Of a stretch of 64,000 nucleotides of DNA, positions 1 to 15,200 are shown in pieces. This DNA is from Antedon mediterranea. Its lineage: Eukaryota; Animalia; Echinodermata. Under the pieces are notes generated by a model, which ran no database searches, was not told the DNA's origin, and was given only the letters and a program-made list of their open reading frames with translations. The stretch is taken from NCBI RefSeq assembly GCF_964355755.1, contig NC_092678.1, positions 21,841,365 to 21,905,364 on the forward strand. The letters run 5' to 3'. How positions within the stretch are numbered: position 1 is the first letter of the stretch; each line of letters starts with the position of its first letter. Position numbers and translations under genes: made by a program.

Positions 1-216
1 ATGCTGACAAGGCCAAAGAAAAACCCGACAGAGGGGTTGAAGAAAATTTGGCTCAGCTGGAAAACTATTACCAGACCAGAGAACAATAGAGAATGTTTTA
101 CAGGCATAAGTAGGTAGGTAAGTAATAATAGTATAATAATATTATTCGTAAAATTTTAAATTCCATGTGATGTTTAAAATCGTTCTTGTGTCAAGACCAT
201 ACAAGAGATGCCTTAC

Positions 217-3200
217 CTTTTCATAAGGAATTTGAAGAAGTTCCAAGACAACGGCATGTGCTCCCATATTGCGCAACAATCTTTGTTCATGTTTTCGATT
301 CTTTTTACTGTTTGCATTGTGTGAAATACATAGATTCTTCAGATGAATGAGAATCTAAAATAAAATATATTACACCATTAGCACATAACAATCTTGTGAT
401 GATAGTGAGTGATAGTGAGTACAGAATATTATTGGGCTTTACACACTTTCAATACTGGTTTACATTGTTAGACAATATTGTGGAAGTTACAAGATAAAAG
501 ATAACTTTATTGTCAAAATTGTTAACAATTTCGAGATATGTTTTGTACCTGAGTAGAATAAATAATACGGCGTGATAACTATATAAATAAATACAAATGA
601 TACAAGTGACTATCTTGAAAAGTTTTTGTTAAATAAATTGCATGCTTGTACATTGGTGAAAATCTGAAACGGTTTGTGGATATTTTTTCCTGTGTCAGTC
701 TAACCCTTCCTGATCTACTTATAATGATGTCTGAATGTAATGGGTGTAATGGAAGTTGTTGAAGATGTAGCTTGAGCCATAATTTACCACAGGGTGAACC
801 ATATGATGGATAAACATTTCTTTTAAATTTCATATGCATCCAACAGCGAGTAACTCGCCAATTACAGGATTGATCTATATAATAATTTATCATGCTTATA
901 AACTAAGTCTTATTTGAGGCTTAGTGAGTGAAGTTAAAAGAGTCGTGAGTTACAACTCTGGCACTACGTCAGTATTAAACCCTGGATCTTGTCTACAGCC
1001 CATTACATGTACAATGTGAGGATGACCACAAATGACAAGGAAAAAATGAGAATTCAACTGGGAAGATAATGTAAATGGCATGAAGAAGTGGAATGAAGTC
1101 TGGTAACATGGAACAAGTGGACAACAGAGGATGTGATGTCACGTTACTAAAACAAATGATGACGTGGTACGTTGGAATGTTCCCACATGAGGGCGTGGTT
1201 GTGGACTTGTCCATTATGGTCCAGGAGTATCTTAAGCACTCCCTCTGGAGAACACAAGCTATTGTCACAAAATAGACTTAGGAAATGCAGAGATGGTTTA
1301 GCAACTTAAAAAAGATGTGGATTATTGAACAAAGAAAGGCGACACATAAAATGGAAAGAAAGAGGAGACATAACAACACTTTAGAATATCTTACGCTTTG
1401 AATAGTTTTATAATTCTGTATGCTGGCAGGATCCAGAGCAGGACCTTGGTCTAGGTTGGCAACGTCACCATCTGCAACTGTTGTTGGTAAAGGCTGACAA
1501 AGAAACAAATAATTCATATAAAATAAATACTACACTATGAAACTAGTTTGACAAAAAAGTGTGATGTGCTCAAATATGGTTGTGATATGATTTCATTGTG
1601 TCTTTAGATAGTAAACGTTCTATATATCACAAACAACAGTGTGAGAATGATGTCATACAAATTGCTTCTTTCTGATTGGCTAATTTATCAGAAATACTTA
1701 AAATTAACTTATTACTTATTCATGAGGATGATAATATAAGACAAATTGCTTATTTCTGATTGGCTAATTTATCAGAAATACTTAAAATTAACTTATTACT
1801 TATTCATGAGGATGATAATATAAGACAAATTGCTTATTTCTGATTGGCTAATTTATCAGAAATACTTAAAACTAACTTATTACTTATTCATTAGGGTGAT
1901 AGTATAACACAAATTGCTTCTTTGTGATTGGCTAATAGTTGAAAGAATACCAACCAGTAACTTTTTCTTTTTATCTTTCTTCCCTCCATCATCTTTCTTA
2001 TCCTTTTTATCTTTCTTGTCCTTCTTCTTCTTATCTGAATCACTCGATTTGCTCTTGTATACCCACAACTCCGATTTTTCGACCAATAGCCTTAGCTCGT
2101 CCAAATTAGCTTTGATCTGTTTGTAATTTTCGACATCATTGTTCGATACTAGCAACTGGACCTATAAGGAACACAAATTTCATTTCAATAATTTCCAAAA
2201 AATCTACATGTTGAATGAACAACTTATATTTTCCTCCAGCAGTTCTTTTTAAAATGTAATTATTTTTCCAGGAGTTCAAACATAACATGATTTAAATTCA
2301 AACCTGCTTAAATGCGCTTAACACTTCTTGTCGTTGGCTGAAATGTCGGAAGAGCAGTGTGAGGGCGCCAGACACAAGTGGCGGATAGTCATGCATAGTA
2401 AGATGGAGAAGAACACGCAAAAACATTCTGCCGCCGTCGCCGTCTAAATCAAGGTCAGGTCCGTCAACACTAAAACAAAATGTTAGTAATAAGTTTGCGA
2501 AAAAAAATAATATACAAAAATACTCCAATAGTTAAAAAATTTAGAAAAAGGAGATACCAAATAAAACCAAAATAAACCATATGAGTTGATTATAAAATAA
2601 AATGTTACATTACCATTCATAAAGTTTCAAGGTTTCTAAAAATCAAAATATCTTTTTTTAAACTCAATTTTTCTCCAGTTTACAAACCATGTCAAAATGT
2701 TTCTACCTTTAACCCATTTATGCAACTAAAATAATCAATTATTGCAGTAAACAAATGTAGTTACTGCAGTAACTGCAGAATAATCTTGAGATGATTATGT
2801 ACAGAAGCAGTATTAAATGCCTTTACAATTGTAAGGACCTGTTCATGTTGTAAGCACCCATTTCTATATTGGAACTTACCATTCTATTCTTCTTAATAGA
2901 GATTGATCCTTTTAATGAACAGTGATGAGGCCCATCATATTACCTGATCTTCTTAATCATTATACAGTCTACACTCCTAAAACTCAACACTCTTTGTGGG
3001 CCAAAAAGTCTGTCAGGTAATACACTAAGTAGTGTGATAGGCTTGTCACACTATAATGAGTGCTCTTTTGTGGTTGAAAATGAGAGAATAAATTGAAACA
3101 GAATTTGGGAGAATTCACTGTATAATTTGATATTCCATACAATCCAGTTCTCACTACCTTTACTTGACCATCTCAATCATGAGCAAACAACAATTGTATT

Positions 3201-6200
3201 TATAGTAAAATCATAAATCTACTTTAAATTATTCCATCATGCTAAATACATATTATTGCACAACATATAAAGGATACGCATATTCCATATTGAAAATATT
3301 GTCATATGGATACTGTACATGCAAAATAATGATATAAACTTATTATATAGATTATGCTCGCATGAAAATAAAAGATCTGAATAAGATTTAAACCATGACC
3401 TTAACCTACTCATCTTTACATTGTGCCTTCCATTAATACCAGAATTTATTATCGACATGTTTTTGGTTTTTGTTGTTTTCAATTGCACAATGTACGATGG
3501 CAAGACTATGAAACAATATGTAACAATCATGGGTACGTTCTGGGAGTCTATTCTACGACTAAATTTTGAATTGCAGAAGCAATGAAAAGCCTTTGTACTG
3601 CTGATTTGTAGATGATTGTAACATTAATGGTGGTTCGTTGCCTTGGCATCGCTTCTTGCAATCGCAAACTCCTCCCTCCCAATTTTGGTAATATAGCATT
3701 ACTATCACAAAAGTATTTATAATTTACTGCGCTAAAAGCAGGATTTAAAATGAACCATTCCAAGATATATTGTCCCCAAAAACATGACAAAATGAAGATT
3801 ACTAAAATCAGACATTAAATAGGCCATTTTGCAGTTTTAATAAGTTCGTTACTGACTTTTATAGAAAACAAAAGGAAAACAAATTATGATTTCACTTTCA
3901 TAAAAAGACAAACTATTAAAACGGTTTAATTTAACCAAAAACAAAATTTAAATTACAGTTTCTTCAGGAAAATATATTTTTTCAAATCCGTTTTTTGGTC
4001 AAAGATATATTAAAATGACATATTCAACAAAAAAAAACATTTTTTCAGGAGACAATATATCTTTAAACAGAACTAGAACAAAGTATGGGTTGTTTCCACT
4101 CTATATACGGGAAGATATACAAAAAAAAAGTTATATATAAACATACCAACAACAAGTAACCAAATAAAAAAAATAAAAAATCAAACAGACAAAAAACAAC
4201 AAAATAAATAAACATAAATATACATTGAAAGAAAAAAAACAAAAACCTGGGGGCAAGATGCTTCAAAGTAGGATCAAACCTCAACCCCATAATAAATGTA
4301 ACTATCCAGGCAAAGAACAAATCTGATTGCTCGATTTACTCACTGAGGAACAACATCCATGTCTATATACTGATTAAGCACTCCCTGTAAAATTCGCGCA
4401 TCAACGGGCGAAAAATTCAGCGAGTTCAAACGTACATAGAGCTGCTCTTTTAACAAGTCACGGTCTACTGCATCGGAATCCTGAGAGCTGCTCCAGCAGA
4501 GCGGGTAAATTATAAGGTAATTAATGCTAAACAGTATTTATAAACAATTTTACAAATAAGCATATAAAGTGTGAATATGTTTAGAAAAATTAACAATTGA
4601 ATTCTGTAGTTACATTGTAAAAATTATTTGTTTATCAATTAATTTTTTTCAGAAAACATTTTCATAAAACCAACAGTGCTGTTCAAACAACATACAAAAC
4701 ATAGAGTAAATGTTGTATTGAGAAAAAAAAAATGTTTGGTACATACTTTCCCTCAAAAATTGTTTCAGCTTTGTCTCCAATTGCATCTAAGTTGATACCT
4801 AAAACAAAATGTTTAAAAATCGAATGGAGTAAAATTGCAAAAGTATTACTTTCCCACTTCTAAGTCACAATACATTATATTTATTACATTTAATTAATAG
4901 TACATCTACGTTTATTTCAAAACATACCTGGTCCATCAGTGCCGTCAATCAACAGTCCATCATTGTCTTGTTCTTTATTCTCATCAAACTCTCGTTTGAA
5001 GATTGAGAGTAAACAAGATATCCGGAAATCAAGTCTTACATCAAGAATGAACTACAAACAAACAAATGAAAGCAGTCAGAAACTGAGTGAAGTACTTGGC
5101 AAAATATTGCCAAAGAGGGTGCATGTTAAAAGAATACAATTTTTCTTCCTTTTATTTGTGACGTTATTAACCAACAGATTTATAAAAATTACAATAGGCA
5201 TGTTATGTAGGTATATACCTATTTACACTGACAAATTCAGAATGATAACTTAAAAATTGTAGGCACTTCGTGCTAACAAACAACACAAGTAAAAATTGAG
5301 GTTGGAGGTAGAAGATGAACAAGCAAAGACAAAAAAAGATGGAATAAAAATCAGACTGGACGAAAATGATTCGCAAAATAGGATGTGGACATTATTAATT
5401 CGTTAAATTGATGTTAAAGGGGTATTACACAGTACCTTTAAAATTTGAATAATCTTGAGTTTTGTCTCCATAACCTTTTCATCCTCTTTCTTATGGCCTA
5501 GTTTTTCAGGAGATTTTGCTGGGGCCGATCCGCTGACTGGCTCCACTGGGATTGGTAATCCGGTGCCTAGGACCATGTGGGTCATAACATTTCCAACTCC
5601 TTGGATAGAACTTAGGACACTACCTTTACCTCCTACAGAAAAAGATGAAATTGATAGATAACATTTCATGTTATGGAAAACAATGTTTGATTGATTGAGT
5701 AATGATTGTAAGATAATGATGATTATGATAATGATTATTATACTAAAACATTGATAACAATTGATGTTGATGAATATGTTAATGATGAGGAGAATGCAGA
5801 TGATAAAGATGACAATGACGAGGATAAAGATGATGATGACAATCAGAATGCTGATGATATGATGATGATGATGGCAATGATGATGACGGTAATGCTGATT
5901 ATGATGGTAACGATGATGACAATGATGATGATGATGATGATGACAAAGATAATCATAATGCTGATGATGGAAATGATGATAATGATGATAGTGATCAAAA
6001 AGATGATGATGATGATTATGGTAATGATGATGACAAAGATGATAATAATGTTGATGATAATGATGATGGAAGATGACACAGATTATGACAATGATTATGA
6101 ATGCAATGGTGGTATCATATTATTATAGAATTTAAATATTAATATTTATGGTAAAAACATATACATGTTACATATAGACAGACTATACAAATGTAGACAA

Positions 6201-9200
6201 CCATACATAGGCATAGTAAGGAGCAAAGGCAACTTGAAAATGTTTTCTACTAAATTAGATAACCTTATATCCTATAAAAAATGTTAAAATTACCACCACA
6301 ATAGGAATAAAAAGCTGTTAATTAGGAATGAAACACCCACAAGGATATAGTGACACATGTAATAATGAACAAGCAGCTTGATGGGTACTAGAAAGGGTAA
6401 ACAAAATGGTTACAATAATGATCGATCAAAAAGGGGTTTGTTATTTTGAAGGAGATAGGAAGAGGAGGAGAAGGAGAAGGTGGTGGTAACAAGAAGACGA
6501 TTAAACTCAGTAATGAATACCTGATGCTGATAAATAGTGTGGAGAAATATAATTATGAGAACTGTTGATCTAACCCCTAGCCATCAGAGCAAGCTTGGTG
6601 GTCTAGAGGTATGAACAGCCGGCAGGCTAGTGATCTGGAGGTCGTGGGTTCGAGCCCTACCCCAAAAATTACTTGGTGTTCTCAATGTACTTAGTATAAA
6701 GTACAAAATTACGTCAGAATAAGGCAAACATCTTATCAAGAGATGATGATGGAATGTTGATGATGATGGATGAGATTGATAATAATGTTGATAAAGATAA
6801 GATTATGATGACAATGGTGATTACACAGTAATGTAGACATTCATAATGAGGACGTTGAAAATTAATAATGATGATTATGATAGAGCACAGAAAATGGGAC
6901 ATAATTGGTTTTACATGACTGGAGGAGACATTATTAATACACCATGCTTAACTATAATACCGCCACCAAAGCGAAGCCAGTAAACGGGAACCCAACATAA
7001 TACAAGCTGTACAATTTACACAACACAGGTACACAGCAAAGAAGATGACATCATCTTACAGTAAGCGGCAGCTAACTATCCAATCACCTAATATCTTTAC
7101 TTCAACTATGAGAAAATAAATCTCCTGCAGTTACTGCAGTAATTATTCCCAAAATTTTCATTTTATATAAAATTAGTAGATCGATTAAAACAATATACAT
7201 TTTTTGCCTTTAAATAATGAAGTTACTGCAGTAAAACGATAGGACTGCAGCAGATGTAGAATTATTTCAACATAGTCTTTGATGAGGGTTACCCATCTAT
7301 ATGATTTGCCTACCAACAACCAACAAATATAGCCACATGCATGTAACTAAACCACATAATAATAATAAGAGATGATAACAATTATGCAAATGAGATCATT
7401 CACCTGTATTTTCTGCTGGAGGTTCAGGCTCTGGTCAAGGAAACAATTTTAGAACGTTTATCTTTCATCTTCACTTTTAATTTTATAACTTTTACAATAT
7501 CATTAGCGGTGAATGCATTCTGAACATTTCCATGTTAAGCTCTGTCTACACTATCAAACTGTGATGTGCCAAATATGGTAGTGATATACCCATATATGGT
7601 AGTGATATGATGTCATCATGTTCATATATGGGAACATCACACTTTTTTTGTCACATGAAGTTTCATAGTGTAGACAGAGCTTAAGATATGGTTTTGAACA
7701 GTTGGAATTGTAAACATAACAGCAATCTTATGACAATATATGTCTTAGCAAATAAACTCTACAACTTCCTCACAAAAACCTTTTCTACTTGAACTACAAT
7801 GCAACCAAAGCAATGGAACGTCTGTATGCACATGCTCACAAAACAATCGCATTTGCTTTCCTGTTCTTCATACAACCTATGGGTCTATAACACCTTTATC
7901 CAAACATGTATTCTAAAACTTCAAGCTTCATATTGTCAAAATGTTCTTAAATAAGCTATCTTAGTGTTACATCATAGTTATTCACTTTTACCGAATTGTC
8001 AGGCAATCCTTCTTTGTTAAATTTATTTTATCTTTGTTTTAAAGTTAAATAATCTTTATTTGTTATGTTTTTGTGGGAAAATACATCTCTAACAAGTAGT
8101 AATGATCATCAATGAATAATAACCAGAAGTGATAAACAGATTCGCCACTCACTACATATTACAGTAAGCAAACAGTTTGATTAAAACAATAGATGCGACA
8201 AAATAAAACAACCTTATATACAAAATACAACTATTGTACAATACCTAAGTCTGCCTTTCCTGCCATTTTCAGCGGTATCCTTGTATCTGTTGTAAAATCC
8301 AGTATCTTCAAAAGCGTTTCTGTTAATCGGAGTAGCCCACTGAAACTGTAGAAGCCAAAGTAGATAAGATGCTTGGCTAAATTCACCACCTGTATGTTAA
8401 TAAGAAAGAACAAATTATTCAAAACAAGAAACTATGTCCTTCTTCTAATATGATAAAGATATCGAATCACTAAATTGGATAAATAAGAATTTCATTTTTT
8501 TCACCTCATACGTGAGTTTATTCTGTTCAACATCTGCGAATGAATAACGTTCGACAAAACCGTGTCTCAAATATTCCTCCACAAAGTCAATGGTCGCAGC
8601 AAATTTAGGGGTGACGTCGCCTGCATGCTGTCCACCCTCATTATGAGTATCATAGCTGCATGGTAATAAAAATAATACAAATATTTAATTATTATTTAAT
8701 TATTTAATTATAACACTGGCCTTTCGAGGCCATAGGGAAAATTTATTTTGCACCCTAGTGTTGATGTTAATTCTTTTTTCTCCTGAACCTAAAGCCATTT
8801 GTCTGTGATTCTCTTTATGGTAGAAAATAGGCATTAAATAAAAGTACTATAATAATAATAAATACATTAATAACAATAACAATAATAAAATATTAATAAA
8901 AAATAGAAAATTAATTGTTATTATTCTTTCAAACCATAGCATGTATCAAAAGTTGTTAGATGAAGATGGTAGGATTTCATGAAGCAAACAATTATTAAAT
9001 GCAATTTGGGAATTCTAAAATATAATAAACAAACATAAAAATGTTATATATAATTTTTTATACTAATATGCATAATTATACTTTATAAACTTTCTTATTT
9101 ATTTAATATTGATTTCAACAACAAAGATTGTTCACAGTCAGTAATATTCGAATTTATATAAAAAAAGCTTGCACTGATGAAGGACTAGTGTTGCCCGAAA

Positions 9201-12200
9201 GCTCTACTAACTTTTCTGGCTGTTTTACTTATCGTTTTGATTTATCTTTTCGCTTTTTTTTTGTATCTCCATTGAGATCCAGCCACTGATAGTTACCCAC
9301 AGTCTTGTCATTTTTTCACTAATTTGTTTTTGGATTTATAAAAAACGCTTATAAATAAAAGCTTATAAAATTATAATTCAAACTATAATTGAATTGATTT
9401 GTTATGACCTATAGGCAACATAAACGTCTGCATATTATTTCTTATCGTAATATTAATTATGTAAAACAGGTGAATACAATTAAAACTGAACAATATACAA
9501 TAGTTTGCTTTAGCTTCATTTTAAAAATTAGAGAAGTATTAAATGTTAAAGAGCAGTAAAGTATGTTAGTCTAAAAGGTAATCTACAATTTAAAAGAGTC
9601 ATGTCAACATTATTGTACTGCAGTTACTGCAGTAAAACTTAGTTTAATCGTTAATCTGTTATGTAACCAAATTATATAGCAAGAATATCTTTTTTTGAGT
9701 AATCATACAACCAGTTTATTGCAATGACTGGGTCAACAACTAAAATCATTGCAGTAAAAATGTGTGGTTACTGCAGTAACTGCAGTACAATAATGTTAAC
9801 ATGATCTCTAATACAGTCGACTATATGAATACCAAATAAAAAAAAGAATAAATACCTAAATTTGTTACTGTATTTAAAAAGTCAAAAATACTTTATTACT
9901 AAAATAAAAAAGACCTTTCTTATGATTTTGCCCCAGCACAAGGTGTCCACTTTCTTCTTTTGTATCCCAACAAAAATATTTCCTAATTAGTTTTTAATAA
10001 TAATGTTTAGTAAACCTCATAATGCTTAATAAATTCTATCTGTGATTAGGTAAAAGTAATTTTTAGTATATTCTATAATTTAACTTGATAGTTGCAGCAT
10101 GAACAAATCTATATCTTTAATAATATAAAACTTTAAACCTCCTTACTAGTACTAGTAGAGGAGGCAAGGAAAGCCTTGCTTTAAAGCTCTGTCTAAACTA
10201 TCAAACTTTATGTAACAAAAAATGTTATGTGCTCATATATGGACATGATGATGTCACATCACTACCATATTTAGGCATGTCACTACCATATTTGGGCACA
10301 CCACACTTTCTTGTCAAACTAGTTTGATATAGTGTAGACAGAGCTCAAGGGTTACCTCCTTATTTTAAATTTCTTTGATTTTCTTCAGTGATGTATGGTG
10401 AAAAACTAAACAATTACCATATTATTAACTGTACCATATTATAACATAAACATTTTATTTATTAAATCACAGATAAAATCGAGTCTATAAAATAATAACT
10501 AATTTCCATGCACAATTTCTAGCTGCAAAAATGCTGTAAAACTCTAGGCATGTATTATGCAAGAAAGCATGCAGTATCTTACACTTGGTTTTTGGTGGAT
10601 TCATTGTGCCTGGAATAGCTGGAATATGGAAAAGCTAGGCTTGAACAAGCTACAGTACGTAAAACATTTACAGGTGGTGAGGAGAGGTAGAATAGAGAGT
10701 ATACCTGCCACATCGAGTCAACCATACTGTACAAACACACAATACACAGTACTGTACATTTGGTGGTAAAACGGTGTTTTCATAGTGGTTTCGCAGCGCA
10801 TAGTTCTCTAGTGATTTTCCAGGAAAGATACCAGTCATTTATATAACAAACAAACGCAGGCTGTGTGGTGAAAAGTGGGGATTTCAGACGACAATTTGGA
10901 TCTAAGAAAGAGGATAATTTTCAAATGTTTACACTTTCAGCAATTTGAAACCTTCCCAGCAATATTCCGGTCATTCCTCATGTCTAAGGATGTGGGCAGT
11001 AGAACAAATTTGTATAAGGAATAAATGTACAAACGCTCTCTTTTTGGACTGTATCTTGATACTAATTTAAGCACACCTATTACAATAACATTTAACAGAC
11101 ATGTGTTTCATATGATATCTATCTATATAAATGTGGCAGATAAATAAAGAAAAACAGGTTACAATACAAAACAAACAAAAAGACAGGAAACACACAATAT
11201 GAAATAGCAGATGCAATGACATGAAATTAGTTGATGAAATTACAATGAAGGTAGTAACTGAAATGATGAAATAATTAGATAATACTGTAAATAAAATTAA
11301 CTTAAAATTATATCAATATAAATAGTTTAATCCAATTCAATAATTATATTCTTTTTTGTTTTGTAAATTGAATCAGTTGTCTTTTTTTGTTTTTTTGTAT
11401 ACTTTTTGAATCATGTATCGTAAATGATAACTTGTGTAAATTATTTTATAGTAAGTAACGGCCTTGTGAAAACACCAATCTGGTGATTCAAGTGTTGCAT
11501 TCGTTACTAAATAAAGTTGTTATTATTATAATATTATTATTATTTCATTACGGTTTTACAAAATGTTGTGTATTTTAATGTTATACGATAAAGAACTTCT
11601 AGTAGGATTATCTCTCAATAGATTCCCAAATCCATAATTTCTGTACTATGGATTCTATCATGACTGGTAATATCATGTGGACCTGGACTTGTTATTGTTT
11701 TGCCGTTTTTCTGTGATTATTGTTTTTTATGGGGAGTTGTTGATACAGTATTTTTTGCAATTGTAAAAAGCACTATGAAAATAGCGCTGACAATAAATAA
11801 AAGTTAAATAAAAGTTAAATAATAATTATAAACTTACTCTTCAATTGTTATCTGTGTTGGAATCTCCGACCACAGACGCGCATACTTCACTGTCGTCACA
11901 GTTTCTTGCGGATCGCGGTCTACATGCATGTGCAACATAAGACGCGTGAATGATGCACGAAGGTCAAAGGGCAAGCTCTCATCTGACATACATCGTAGTA
12001 TCAAATCAATGTCCAAATCTTTTGATATTTGGTTGATGGCTAGGTATTGCCGGTCCAAACACATTTGAGAAAATAAATCCAATTGGTACCTGAAAAAACC
12101 CGTTTTGCTACCTTAGTAAATTATTTTCTTATACACATATGTAACTATTTATTTACAGTAAAACCCTATTAAACAAATTGTTCCCTGGCTATTCGAGAGG

Positions 12201-15200
12201 CCTACATCCAGAACAAAAGGCAATACTGGGACTATACCCAAGGATATGCCTGTTTACATAATCAGTAGAGGGTGGGATTAGATCTGAAGTGGGATTATAC
12301 CCCAAGATATACGATAGATATAAGAAAAAATATCACAAAGAGATTGGAGTTGTTAGTGGTATCAGCCATGTGCAAAGCTATCTATACTTATACTATGAGC
12401 TACCTATAGTATCGCAGAATCTCTGTATCTTCTCTAATTTTATCCTTAGCACCTTGCGCCAACTCTGCTATTCCTTTCAGACAGTTTTCGTCCCAAATCA
12501 AGAACACCTCTTCCTCTTCGTCTTCCTGAATCGCGATGATCGGATCGCCGTTATCATCGACACCGTCCAGTTCGATTTCCTCTTGCGTGTGTACTGGAAT
12601 CAACCTGAAATTAATTATTGCACAGACGTTTTTTTTTATGTCTTTAGACACATGTTCCCAAAGATTACTAATAGTAAATGAATCACTAATCAGCTAGGTG
12701 TTAATCCCCTGATACAGGGGCTATTTTGTGAACCAGTTCACCAGTGAAACCCCATCCCCCCTTCCTACTTGTCTCGATTGATGAACTGGTGAACACCATT
12801 GTACCTAAATAAGTAAGTAACATGTATTGCTTTCCAAGAACAGTACAATTTATGCAACAGAATAAAATATGAATGAAAATAAATACATAGAATAATATAG
12901 AAAGACTTAAGAAAAAAAACATGGAAAGCAGGTGATAACCCTTTAAGCCCAAAAGCTTGTTTCCAAAGGGGTCCCCAACTTTGGTTTATAGTCCTTATCC
13001 GAGACTTGTTCCACCACAAGAACTAGGAGCAAGTCGGCCTCGAACCCATACGGATATTGTCGGCTCTTTAGGTACGGTAAACGGCACCCCTGCTTTATTT
13101 CCATTTTTTAGACTAGGATTTCATCTTCAACGTTCACTTACTTAGTTTGTACAAGGATATCAGCATTCTTTGGATTCAAAACTGATTTGCAAATTAATTC
13201 TTGTGTTACTGGAATGGCTTGGTTATTGGATACGCACAAATCAGACAAATACTCTAAAAATCTAAACAAAACAAAAGAAAATATTATAAATTAAAAAATA
13301 CATTTATATTTCATAGTTTTACAAATTTAACAATCTGAATCACCATATACAATCATGAGTGTTGATGACCTTTAAACTCTGACCTCAATGTTACTGTACT
13401 ACAAAAAGTAAATAATATTACTATATGAAATAAGATGGATGGAGTACAGCAGAACTATTAAATTAACACATTAACTAAACAAAGTGTTACAATGATGGGT
13501 TCTACTATATCTTGATCATAATGAACTTTAAACTTTGACCTAACAGAATAATAAAGAACTGTCTTACCTGCACTCTTTCTTTTTCCGCACTAAACTGACA
13601 AAGGTTTCAATTTCGTCTTCTCTGATGTGTTGCTCTAAAAGTTTGCGATTGTTGTGAAGCAACGCTGTTATGGTGTCTTCCGCAAGAACGTCGTAACCAA
13701 TCTGCTTCTGCATGAAGCCAAACTGTTTGGCAATGTATTCCTGTGTGTTAATGCAAAAAATACAAATAAATGAAAGAAACTGAGTGCAGTATTTGGTAAA
13801 ATATATCAGGAAAACTATATTTGGAGAGAGAGGGCTCACAACTTGATATTAATGTTAAAAGAATACAGAGTACTATTTAATATATCATAAGGAAGATACA
13901 GGTAAATCAGATTTTAATATAATAAGCTTTTGTGTTGTTACAAATATATCAATTTTCCTGAAAATCAATAGGCATGTTCGGTAAGTATATACTTATGTAC
14001 ACCAACATTTTCAAAATGATAACTTGAAAATTGTAGGCGTTATCATGCTAACAAACATACAAACAAAGAAAGTACTATACTAGGCGTTGAGTAAAGGTAT
14101 ACTCCCACTCCATCTTTTTACCACCAGTAATAATACTCCCCTGGATGACAAAGGAATGCCTTTTGGGTCTTAATCTGTTGGCAAAGCATTAAAGAAAATG
14201 GAAATTAAATGTTTTATGGGAAGGATACCTAACCTGATTTTTTCGATATGCCTGTTGGGAAAGTCTAAGGATTCTGTAACAGAGTCGACATATTGTACGA
14301 TAGTGAGCGTGACGAGCATCCGCAAGATCTTCCATGCGTAGCATCGGCCCTTCTCCGCTATCAGCAAAAGGCGCTTTCAGAATCTTAAAAATCTGTTGAA
14401 AATAAATACATATTGCATAAAAAAAATTATGTTCAGGAAAGGTGACTAACTCATATGGTACTAACTACCTAATATAATACTAATTGATTTCTTGATACCT
14501 GTTTTAATATATCCTGTTCTCTCATTAACTTCTGTCGGTCTCTCTCGGGTGCAGACACTACAACTGCGAATGGATCTCCATTTTGATTGGTCTCTGACGC
14601 AACAAAGAACACCAAGTCGTGGAGAAGTTGGGTCACAAACCTTACAATAAAAACAAAAAGTTAGAGGATTGGTTAAACTCACCAAATGAGATTTTAGTGA
14701 AGACTTCAATATTTGATAAAAATGTATAAAAAGCATAAAAATAATTAGACAATTTTAGACAAACATAGAAATATTTTACCTGCGTTCATTGGGAGTGATT
14801 GACCCTTTCTCAAGTTTGGAAGCAATGGATGACAGCACCTTATTAGCATCATTAGCGAAATCTAAATCACGCACCTCTGTGGGGGAGACAGGTATAATTG
14901 CAAATGCCTCGCGGTCTTCACGCACCTCAGCAGTACCGACCTAAAAGATGATTATATACAGTATACGGTTTGTAATGAATAGTATTTTTGTTTTAGTATT
15001 GAGGTCGCTGGTTCCTATTCTGTAAAATGTAATTTGAATACTGGTGATCGCATTATAAAGACTATTCAAATTTATTTAAAAGTTTTGTTGAATGCAAAAC
15101 ACTCTCTGATCAGATTTTTTGCATTTTCGGAGATAAACTAAACAAGCTGAAATATTGTGCAAGTAGAAAATGTTAATTCAGTAAACTTTCCTAATACTCA

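Noticed and set aside
5751-6128. Poly-Met and poly-Ile ORFs
   Set aside because: Artefacts of a (GAT)n microsatellite.
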